Origin: Candidatus Helarchaeota ASGARD archaeon Hel_GB_B
GTDB lineage: Archaea > Asgardarchaeota > Lokiarchaeia > Helarchaeales > HEL-GB-B
Direction of reading: 5' to 3'
NCBI GenBank assembly: GCA_005191425.1
Contig: SUPR01000046.1
Span: 1 to 25,690 of the forward strand
DNA: 25,690 bases
Shown: in pieces, positions 12,741 to 20,613 of the stretch
How positions within the stretch are numbered: the first letter of the stretch is position 1
Layout of the letters: every line of letters begins with the position of its first letter
Program-made: the position numbers and the translations under genes
Notes under the pieces: generated by a model
Seen by the model: the letters and a program-made list of their open reading frames with translations, nothing else
What the model was told of the DNA's origin: nothing
Database searches by the model: none

Positions 12741-13313
12741 ATGAGAAAATTAGGAATTTTAAGATTTGGAAATATAGATAATGATTTGATTTTGTTTATT
12801 ACTAATGAATTAGGAAAAATTTTTTCTAATGTATTTAATAAAGTAGAGGTTTTAAAAAAAATAGAAAAAATTCCACCGATTGCATTTAATCAACAAAGAA
12901 ATCAATATAAAGCCCCCTTAATCATGGAAGTCATTCGGTCAAATGCTCTTAATAGTGGTTATGACAAAATATTAGGAATTGTAAATGTCGATTTATATGT
13001 CCCAAACTTAAATTTTATATTTGGACAAGCAGAATTCTCAGAATCAGGGAAGGACACGCGTGCATGCATTATTTCTATAACAAGGTTAATGCCAAGTTTT
13101 TATAAAAACATAGAATTGAATAAAGATTTGGTCAAATTATTATATTTAAGAACCTTAAAGGAAGCTCTTCATGAAATAGGCCATACTCTAGGATTACGAC
13201 ATTGTAATTCATTTAATTGCGTTATGCGGTTTTCAAATTGTTTAGAAGATACTGATGAAAAACCTGCATATTTTTGTAAAAAATGCGCTAAAAAGATTGG
13301 CATTTTTATTTAA
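12741..13313 (+). CDS. amzA: Archaemetzincin (peptidase M54)
   Basis: HEIGHTLGLRHC zinc motif, CVMRFS Met-turn, FCKKC completing the Cys4 site, and RNQY, DLYVPNLNFIFG. Confidence 0.92.
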   Translation: MRKLGILRFGNIDNDLILFITNELGKIFSNVFNKVEVLKKIEKIPPIAFNQQRNQYKAPLIMEVIRSNALNSGYDKILGIVNVDLYVPNLNFIFGQAEFSESGKDTRACIISITRLMPSFYKNIELNKDLVKLLYLRTLKEALHEIGHTLGLRHCNSFNCVMRFSNCLEDTDEKPAYFCKKCAKKIGIFI

Positions 13314-13453
13314 AAAAAGTAAAATTACAATAAAACAAAATGAAACTAAGGTAAACACATAAAATTTTCAAGTAACTAAAAAATTAGAAAGATATTTACT
13401 TTTATTGTAAGATAAATCCAGTTAAAATTTTAATTTTTAAGTATATAAAATAG

Positions 13454-14971
13454 TTACAATAAATTTCTGTTAAATATCTGGTATTGCTCATCAAAATTAT
13501 GCGTAGAATTTATAGAAAATGCTTTTTGGAAAAACGCTTGGTCATTAGGATTAAAGTATTTAAATCCAAAATAGTTCCATTTGGTATCAGGATCGAGAGT
13601 AGAGCATAGTAATAATTTATTATCAAGAAAATTATGTATTAGAATTCTAGTTTTCTTTTTAGTATTAATTACACCGTGAATTAAAATATTATCAGATAAA
13701 TTTGAGAAATTATTAGAAAACATAAAATTTATCTGGCTGATATCCAGTCTTTTATTTTCAATTAATTTAGCAATTAAAAAGGCAGCATTTTCATAAAGTT
13801 GTTCATTTGAATTTCCCCAAAGATAAACATGCGAATGCGAAGTATATTCGTCCTTTTTTAGCTTTTTTTGTAAACTATAAGGAGATAATAATTTGATAAG
13901 ATTAAGACCAAGAATATTTTCTGCATCAGTTAAAGTGCCGCCATTTTGGATAAAATCTTGGGAAATCAAAAATTTTATATTATCTTTTGCGTGAAATGGT
14001 GTAAAATATGGAAAATCAGTTCCAAAAAGCAATTTTTCAGACCAAGATCGAGATGCGTTGGGGATATTTTGTTTATACCAATTCATAAATGAGAGAAAAA
14101 AGTCATGTGTCCCCTTTCCGTGGAGCATTGAAATTTCGCCCCAGATATTTGGGTCAGAAATAACTCTATAGACTTCTTCATTTCCAATATAACCCATAGC
14201 ACAATGAGCTACTATTACTTTTAAATGGTTAATTAATTCGGGAGCATTTTTTTTCAATTGATTACGAGTTTTATGGACTAATTCTTGTATGTCAATAATG
14301 GATTGGGCACCTCTTGTATCAAAAATTACTGGAATAGAGTTTTTAGCAGCAGTTATTAATACTTTTACTGCGAAGTCAGCAGATATTTCGTCAGTCCAGC
14401 CATCGGATCTTGGATGGAGTTTTAGACCTCTTAATCCTAGAGTATTAATTGCATAATCTACTTCATCAGGGGCTTGTGTCTGCCTTGGGTTTACTCTGCA
14501 ATATCCAATTAATCTCATTGAATTTGGGAAATGCGTACTAAATCGAGCAATATTCAAATTTGATGCCCGGTATTGTGCTTCAGGTTTATTATCTCTGAAG
14601 GTATCTTGAAATGGAAAACAAACACCATGGTCTATTAACCATCCACCGTTCATTTTATCAAAAACAGTAGAATAATTGCTACTATTTCTTTCTTTTAAAA
14701 ATTTGAAAACATTATAAATAAATGGCATTGGAATAAATTTAAATTCAAAACGGTGGACTTTTCCATTTATAGATAACTGATAGTTTAATACACTTTCTTT
14801 TTCTACTTTACTCTGAGTTTCAATATAAAAATTATAAGTACCACCAGGAGCTAAAGGGTTCATGTTACTAACACTATCAATATCACTACCTAAGTGAGAA
14901 TGAGCATCAATAACAATTATTTTTTTGAAAATAACTGAATTGTCAGGCAAGGTTATTTTTACTAGAATCAC
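13454..14971 (-). CDS. Amidohydrolase (amidohydro_2-type TIM barrel) with insertion and ~140-aa unassigned C-terminal domain
   Basis: DAHSHLG, GLRGLKLHP, VIVAH and LLFGTDFPY. The start is placed at GTG 14971 (AGGTG motif upstream, 19 bp gap after the ligase stop) rather than 15022, which overlaps the upstream gene. Confidence 0.82.
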   Translation of the reverse strand: MILVKITLPDNSVIFKKIIVIDAHSHLGSDIDSVSNMNPLAPGGTYNFYIETQSKVEKESVLNYQLSINGKVHRFEFKFIPMPFIYNVFKFLKERNSSNYSTVFDKMNGGWLIDHGVCFPFQDTFRDNKPEAQYRASNLNIARFSTHFPNSMRLIGYCRVNPRQTQAPDEVDYAINTLGLRGLKLHPRSDGWTDEISADFAVKVLITAAKNSIPVIFDTRGAQSIIDIQELVHKTRNQLKKNAPELINHLKVIVAHCAMGYIGNEEVYRVISDPNIWGEISMLHGKGTHDFFLSFMNWYKQNIPNASRSWSEKLLFGTDFPYFTPFHAKDNIKFLISQDFIQNGGTLTDAENILGLNLIKLLSPYSLQKKLKKDEYTSHSHVYLWGNSNEQLYENAAFLIAKLIENKRLDISQINFMFSNNFSNLSDNILIHGVINTKKKTRILIHNFLDNKLLLCSTLDPDTKWNYFGFKYFNPNDQAFFQKAFSINSTHNFDEQYQIFNRNLL

Positions 14972-14990
14972 AGTTAAACACCTGTAAATT

Positions 14991-16415
14991 TTACCAAAAT
15001 TTTGGATAATTTGGTTTTCCATTTAATGGAGAATAAGTAGGATTTACAATACAATTATGAGTCATATATACCAAATCGCCTAATAATTTGAAAGCATCAC
15101 CTTGTCTATAATTGTAAAGGCTTAATTGATATTCAGCTTCTGTTAGGGGAGGGTCTGCCCAATCAACTGATCCATACACTGAAATTATAATTGGGTCAAG
15201 AAAAGGAATTTTTCTTAATGGGACTTTAAAAAACTTTTTTATTGATTTATCTTCACCTATAAATCTAAGCATACCTTTAACAGCATCTTGCATTAATCTA
15301 CCTTCTGTATTAAAATAGCAATCAGCAAAATTTGGGTCTATACTAGCGATTTGGTCACTATCAGCGTCTTCGGTCCTAAAGACTGAGAATAATCCTCTTG
15401 ATATTGCACCAACTCGGTTTTTAACTATAGTGGCTGACCCTACATCGGGAACTTCCCTCATATTTCTAGCTTTAAAAGCAAGTAATTGTAATAATAAAGC
15501 TATACCAATTCTTCTTGCGATAGAGGTTTGTGCATCAGAAATTCTTGTCTCGATTGTCCCAAAATCAGTGTATGGAAATATATCCTGTTGTCTGGCGTCT
15601 TCTAATGATGCTTTTTGAATAGTATTTAAAAAGAAATCGATATTATTTGGATCGGTCATATATGGGATGTAGTGTTTAGGATCATTTAAAGAAAGCATGG
15701 TATCATTTTTCTTAAGTCTAATACTACGAACACAACCGGGACATGCATAACGCTTCCCTATTATTTTGATAGCATCAGTAGGATGGCCATTCATAAGAGA
15801 GGAATTTACCGACAATGCCAAGATGTGTGGTAAAAAATTTCTAAACATATTGTATATCTTGATTTTTTCATAATCGTCCTTGAAGGTCCCCATATGACTA
15901 TGGTCAGCGAAGGTAAGTCCTCTAAAATATTCTTGCTGTAATGGATTAAATCCAGCAGAAACTAAGAATAATTCTTTAGGGAGTACCAATTCAGCTATTA
16001 ATAAAACAGCTTGAGCCCACCAAACTAGTTCTTCAATATATTCACATGGTGGAGTAACACATTCTAATATATAAGTGATTGCTGCAACATTTCCATCTCT
16101 TCCAAAAATTTCGATATCAATTGGTTTTCCATGAAGTTTATAGCTTAAAGTTAAAACATCTCCTTTTTCTTCGTTATATGTTATCATTGGTGTATCAGCA
16201 ATTTTTTTCTCGATTATTGATGGGATATTTTCGTATTCAATCATATGAATTAAAATGTCTCTAGCCTGTTCTACCATTTTTTTCATGAGAAAGACCATGT
16301 CATCGCCTTTAAGAAATTGGCCATTTTCGTCTAGCATTTGGATTTCCATTTCTATTCCATGACTAAAAGGTAAAGGAATTGGTTTTTTAGGGAATTCCCA
16401 TTTTTGTTTGCTCAA
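14991..16415 (-). CDS. Carboxylate-amine ligase, glutamate-cysteine ligase family 2 (GCS2/YbdK-like)
   Basis: HGIEMEIQ (ExE), LECVTPPC, LVSAGFNP, FADHSHMG, ILALSVNS and DIFPYTDFGTIETRISDAQ align by eye to the GCS2 motif series. TTG start with GGAG upstream. Confidence 0.85.
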   Translation of the reverse strand: MSKQKWEFPKKPIPLPFSHGIEMEIQMLDENGQFLKGDDMVFLMKKMVEQARDILIHMIEYENIPSIIEKKIADTPMITYNEEKGDVLTLSYKLHGKPIDIEIFGRDGNVAAITYILECVTPPCEYIEELVWWAQAVLLIAELVLPKELFLVSAGFNPLQQEYFRGLTFADHSHMGTFKDDYEKIKIYNMFRNFLPHILALSVNSSLMNGHPTDAIKIIGKRYACPGCVRSIRLKKNDTMLSLNDPKHYIPYMTDPNNIDFFLNTIQKASLEDARQQDIFPYTDFGTIETRISDAQTSIARRIGIALLLQLLAFKARNMREVPDVGSATIVKNRVGAISRGLFSVFRTEDADSDQIASIDPNFADCYFNTEGRLMQDAVKGMLRFIGEDKSIKKFFKVPLRKIPFLDPIIISVYGSVDWADPPLTEAEYQLSLYNYRQGDAFKLLGDLVYMTHNCIVNPTYSPLNGKPNYPKFW

Positions 16416-16455
16416 ATTTATTACTCCTTTTTAATTTTTTAAATTTCTTGTGCAC

Positions 16456-17544
16456 TTATTGAAAAATGTTAAAAAATTTTAATAAAAGAGTTTTATTATC
16501 TAATAAATTAGTTGTAAATATAATATTAATTACATTTATATTCATATTTTGAGTTATTTTTTCTAAATCTTCATACAAAATTCCATGACTAAATAATTTA
16601 TCATCAATTATAATTTCTATCTCATTCTTTAATCCATCATCAATTTTTTGAATGATTTTCTTATAATTTTCTTTATTATCTTTTCCAATAATTATTGAAG
16701 GCATTTTACCAATGGGTGATATAAACCCAACATTGAATAAATATAATTGTGTAATTTCAGGAGGTAATTGGCTTTTAACAAAATACTCAAAGGCATTTTT
16801 TATCACTAAAGCGTCTTCTTTAGAGTATTCTTGGTCGATGGGGTAAGTTATATAATAAAAAAGTTTTTTTCTTAATCTTTTTAAATTGAAAAAAATATCA
16901 CGGAGAAATTGAAGTTCTTGACCTCCAGTAGTGTCGATCAGGTCAGGATTGTAAAATAAGATGGTGATCAAATGAGAATGAATATTTTCACCAATGGGGT
17001 TAGCATCGCCACCAATATTAATAAAATGATTTACTTCTTTTGGAGCAGCTGATGTATCTATTACATTAAAATAAATATTTTTTATTAATATTAAATTTTC
17101 AATTATTTGTTCCTTAAATACCTCTTTTTTAATTGTTTTCGGGACATTAGGTTGTGCAATTTGTGGTGTACTTATCCCATTTAAGCTGTTTGGCTGGTTT
17201 GTCTGAATAGGCGGGACATAATTTGGGCTTGGAACCTCAATAATAGATTTGATTCTCTTCTTAAATAACCCAATAACTTTAATTGATAAATTCTGAAGTC
17301 CTGGTTTTAATGGCTGAACTTTTATAGATAAATCTTTTACTTGATTTACATCAAGATTAAATTCTGGTTTTTCGGATATTTCACATTTTAAATTTGGATA
17401 TTGAAATTTCAATATATATTTCGATGCTATATTTCCAGTATTTTTTATTTTTATATCAATCGCATATTTATTTTTAGTCTGAATTAAGCTCATCGGTATA
17501 TTTACAATTTCAAGTTCACAGTCCTGTATGATCTGCTCATTCAT
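16456..17544 (-). CDS. Hypothetical protein: N-terminal Ig-like beta-sandwich, P/Q/N-rich linker, C-terminal alpha/beta domain
   Basis: IKIKNTGN...FNLDVNQVKDLSIKVQPLKPGLQNLSIKV is a CARDB/Ig-like pattern; PNYVPPIQTNQPN linker. Start uncertain (17544, 17553 or 17601). Confidence 0.65.
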   Translation of the reverse strand: MNEQIIQDCELEIVNIPMSLIQTKNKYAIDIKIKNTGNIASKYILKFQYPNLKCEISEKPEFNLDVNQVKDLSIKVQPLKPGLQNLSIKVIGLFKKRIKSIIEVPSPNYVPPIQTNQPNSLNGISTPQIAQPNVPKTIKKEVFKEQIIENLILIKNIYFNVIDTSAAPKEVNHFINIGGDANPIGENIHSHLITILFYNPDLIDTTGGQELQFLRDIFFNLKRLRKKLFYYITYPIDQEYSKEDALVIKNAFEYFVKSQLPPEITQLYLFNVGFISPIGKMPSIIIGKDNKENYKKIIQKIDDGLKNEIEIIIDDKLFSHGILYEDLEKITQNMNINVINIIFTTNLLDNKTLLLKFFNIFQ

Positions 17545-17710
17545 AAAAAACATTTCCGATTTATATTTCCTAAATACTTGAATAAACAGACAAAAGAGCA
17601 ATATGATATAAAAAAATTTAGTAATTTTTTAATGCGTGTTTACAAGGAAATTTAAGATATTAGTTTTTGAGAAGTTAATATACTTTTTAGGAAAATATCA
17701 TTTTAATAAT

Positions 17711-19768
17711 TTAATGGCGACCACCTTTCAATTTTACGACTAAATCTCGTGCTCTTTTAGAGTACCAAATCAACAATTCGCCCATATCATTAGGTTTAAA
17801 ATATTCTCCGCCGCATTTTCTGGCGACATCGTTCATTAATTCATCATTACAGTTTCCTATTCCGACTATATAAAAAACTAAATTTGGATTGGGTACGAAA
17901 TATTTATTTACATTTTCTACAAATTTATTTCCATCGGTAGGATGTCCATCAGTTAATAATACAATCATACAAGGTTTGTCAGTGCCATCAATTGAATTAT
18001 ATGCCTCTAATACGCCTGCAGCTTCTTCAATTGCTTCACCCATATTTGTAGCCATTCCTTGTGCTTCACCAATTTTCGTAACTATTTCATTAGCTGCGAC
18101 TTCTAAAATTCCATGTTTTCCACTAGCTGAATCAAAAAATGGCATACCTTCACCAAAATCTATTACTTCAGCAACATCCGCAAAACGGATAATAGAAACT
18201 TTTTCACCGAAACCTCTTCCTACTTTTTCAGCTAAAAACAATAGTGCAGCAAATGCTGCACCAAGTCTTCGAGGAACATTGGTACCATCTTTAAAATAAC
18301 TTAAAAATTTGGTAATATTTGTTCCGCTCATTGCAGCATGGATACCTTCAACTGCTGGTGCAATATTTTTTACAAACATATCTCTAGCTAACATTGATGA
18401 TGAAATATCAATAATCAAAATAGCATTGAACGTGACTAAGCCTTCAGGCCTTAAATTTAAGCTGGACGTCATTTTTACTTCAGCTAAAATTTCACCAGTA
18501 AGATCAGGAATGCTAGATATAATTTTAATAGCAGCATTCGCATCTTTCCACCTTAATTTTAATCCTTTAAAAATTACATATTGATTTAACCATTCTTTTA
18601 ATACTTCAGTATTATTCCTGATTACAGTTAGTGTGTCCCAAAGGTTTTCTCCAGAAATCGGACTAATTCCTAATTCAACGTTTTGAAGCGGAATAACGTT
18701 AGACATGTTTTTTCTTACAGTAACTTCTGTTCCACCTATACCAGCAGCTTCAAATATTTCATCTGGAATTTTTATTATATTATCAGAAAGCGTCCTATTT
18801 ATTGTTACTCTTCCTGCACCCCAAGCACCAGTTAAATTATCTTCAAACCTTATAATATCATTTTCTTGTAAATCAAGAGTCAATAAATTTCGTTCAGATA
18901 ATTCAATTTTCCCGCTATCGATTCCAGTCCCTATTTCAACTTCCAACTCAATTTGTTCTTTCTTTACAATGGGAGGTTCAGCTTGTGGATTGAATACAAT
19001 TACTTGTGTTGAAAGGATATCAGCTGTTGAATAAGTTTCTTGGTCCATCCATATCTGGTCATCTTGCACCATGGCAATTTGTACTCTTGCTCCGCCAAAT
19101 ACTCCAGGTCTTGTAGGATCTTCATACATAATGGGATCGTTATTGTTTAATTCTAAATATTGGGCAACATTTTGACTAATTTGGACTAACCCATTCATAG
19201 GTGTCTGAGTTAATACAATATTTAATGTCAGAGTTTTTTCAGGCTTCTGGACTTGAGAAACTTGTGGACGAGTCGGTGTAGTAGATGGTATTTTTGTGGT
19301 AATTTTTTGTGTACTAGGTGATGGAGTGGGAATTTGTTGAGAAGGTATTGAAGAAGTAGTATAACTCGGCTGCGACGGTGCTGGAGGTGGCGGAGGAGCT
19401 GGTGCCGGTGGCTTCGGAGCTGATACACTCGGATAACTCGGCTGCGACGGTGCTGAAATATTAGCTTGAGAAGATGGAGTGGAAATAGTTGGATTACTTT
19501 CTTTTTTAGAAATAGTAAATGATCCCATCCATTTGATATTTTTCTCATATTGAGAAAAAAGATTATTATCAATAAATGCCATATAATCGTTACAATCTCC
19601 GATTTCTATAATAGCTTCACCAGATATTCCAGCAGTTTTATCATAGTAAATAACAGGGGTTCCATTTGTAACTTGAAGGTTATTAGCATTTGTTTGATTT
19701 ATAATAATTTTATTACCTAAATTTTCTCGTGGTTCAATATTTAGAAATATATCTACCATTTTTTTCAT
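17711..19768 (-). CDS. Multi-domain protein: 3x Cdc48-N-like double-psi barrel repeats + Cdc48 N-subdomain-2-like region + vWA domain
   Basis: vWA with intact MIDAS (LIIDISSSM, ATNMGEAI, VLLTDG; FYIVGIG, GGEYF). Three internal repeats at about aa 5-88, 179-259 and 272-353 resemble the VAT/Cdc48 N-domain. Pro/Ser linker at aa 89-178. Confidence 0.8.
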   Translation of the reverse strand: MKKMVDIFLNIEPRENLGNKIIINQTNANNLQVTNGTPVIYYDKTAGISGEAIIEIGDCNDYMAFIDNNLFSQYEKNIKWMGSFTISKKESNPTISTPSSQANISAPSQPSYPSVSAPKPPAPAPPPPPAPSQPSYTTSSIPSQQIPTPSPSTQKITTKIPSTTPTRPQVSQVQKPEKTLTLNIVLTQTPMNGLVQISQNVAQYLELNNNDPIMYEDPTRPGVFGGARVQIAMVQDDQIWMDQETYSTADILSTQVIVFNPQAEPPIVKKEQIELEVEIGTGIDSGKIELSERNLLTLDLQENDIIRFEDNLTGAWGAGRVTINRTLSDNIIKIPDEIFEAAGIGGTEVTVRKNMSNVIPLQNVELGISPISGENLWDTLTVIRNNTEVLKEWLNQYVIFKGLKLRWKDANAAIKIISSIPDLTGEILAEVKMTSSLNLRPEGLVTFNAILIIDISSSMLARDMFVKNIAPAVEGIHAAMSGTNITKFLSYFKDGTNVPRRLGAAFAALLFLAEKVGRGFGEKVSIIRFADVAEVIDFGEGMPFFDSASGKHGILEVAANEIVTKIGEAQGMATNMGEAIEEAAGVLEAYNSIDGTDKPCMIVLLTDGHPTDGNKFVENVNKYFVPNPNLVFYIVGIGNCNDELMNDVARKCGGEYFKPNDMGELLIWYSKRARDLVVKLKGGRH
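19361..19455. repeat. Exact 23-bp direct repeat pair (19361-19383, 19433-19455) flanking a polyproline-coding GC-rich tract
   Basis: ataactcggctgcgacggtgctg occurs twice and encodes APSQPSY on the minus strand; hand count 61/95 G+C over the span. Confidence 0.9.
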
Positions 19769-19797
19769 CTTTAAATATTTTACAATATAAAAATAAA

Positions 19798-20238
19798 TTA
19801 TCCGAATATTGATTTTAATCGATCTTCGGGTTTTTTAACAAGATCACCAAGAATCTTATCAAAAATGGGAATAAATTCATCATATTCTGAGAGGTCTCTT
19901 GATAAGTCAATCGACCCATATTTATCGATAAATTCTTCAATTATTTTTGTTAATGCGCGTTTTGCCAATTTTAAATTAAGTTTTTTGTCCCCTATACAAT
20001 AAGAAATAATATTTTCTGTTTCTGTTTCATCTATCCGATGAGTTAAAAGAACAATTTTAAAATTTTTCATACTAAATGATTCTATTTCATCTGAAAAAGC
20101 TTGAGCAGCAAATGAATTCAATGCACTTAAGAAACCACTTCTAAGAATAGGATCTACTGGCATTGAATGTTCTTCATAATATTGTTTTGATATTAAGGGG
20201 ACACCATTATTGATTATTCCTAATTCATAGATTACCAA
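19798..20238 (-). CDS. Stand-alone longin-domain protein (Asgard eukaryotic-signature type)
   Basis: Beta-beta-alpha-beta-beta-beta-alpha-alpha pattern: IYELGIINNGVPLI, DPILRSGFLSALNSFA, IESFSMKNFKIV, IISYCIGD, LTKIIEEFIDKY, YDEFIPIFDKIL. TTG start with GGAG upstream. Confidence 0.8.
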   Translation of the reverse strand: MVIYELGIINNGVPLISKQYYEEHSMPVDPILRSGFLSALNSFAAQAFSDEIESFSMKNFKIVLLTHRIDETETENIISYCIGDKKLNLKLAKRALTKIIEEFIDKYGSIDLSRDLSEYDEFIPIFDKILGDLVKKPEDRLKSIFG

Positions 20239-20613
20239 TTCATTTATTCTCCATATTTTAATTAAACCACTTATTGATTAGGAAACTAACATCTTTTTAA
20301 TTTTAAGAAAATGATATGAAATTAATAAATATATAATAAATATAACTTTTAATTAATTTTTATCGTTTATTTATTTTTTTATATATATTAAATAAACATA
20401 ATTAATATTATCTTAAAAGAATTCGTTATTTTAATAATAATAATTTATATTTTCAGAAATTTTGTAAAATATATTTATAATTAACAGCCATTTATCTAAT
20501 TAGAGAGATAATCTTAAGAATAAAAGGAGTTATAAAATCAAATGCGATAAATATTTAAGACCAATTATGAAAAAGAGATATATTTTGGTAATGTTTTAGA
20601 ATAACACTAAAGA

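Noticed and set aside
14972-15022. ORF-track start of the amidohydrolase at 15022
   Set aside because: It overlaps the ligase C-terminus; GTG at 14971 has an AGGTG motif upstream and fits operon spacing.
15430-19034. Plus-strand ORFs 15430-15618, 16079-16264, 17889-18299, 18309-18584 and 18705-19034
   Set aside because: Antisense to the ligase and vWA genes; explained by codon bias of the real strand.
19361-19455. 23-bp direct repeats as a mini-CRISPR
   Set aside because: Only two copies, in-frame within a CDS and encoding the same peptide; no leader or cas genes.
19228-19572. 114-aa alternative-frame ORF with repeated QHRRSRVI
   Set aside because: By-product of the GC-rich repeat in the proline linker (few stops); no SD or homology evidence.
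17711-19768. Sec23/Sec24 (COPII) homolog call for the vWA protein
   Set aside because: No N-terminal zinc finger, helical or gelsolin domain; the MIDAS is intact and the N-terminal region resembles Cdc48-N.
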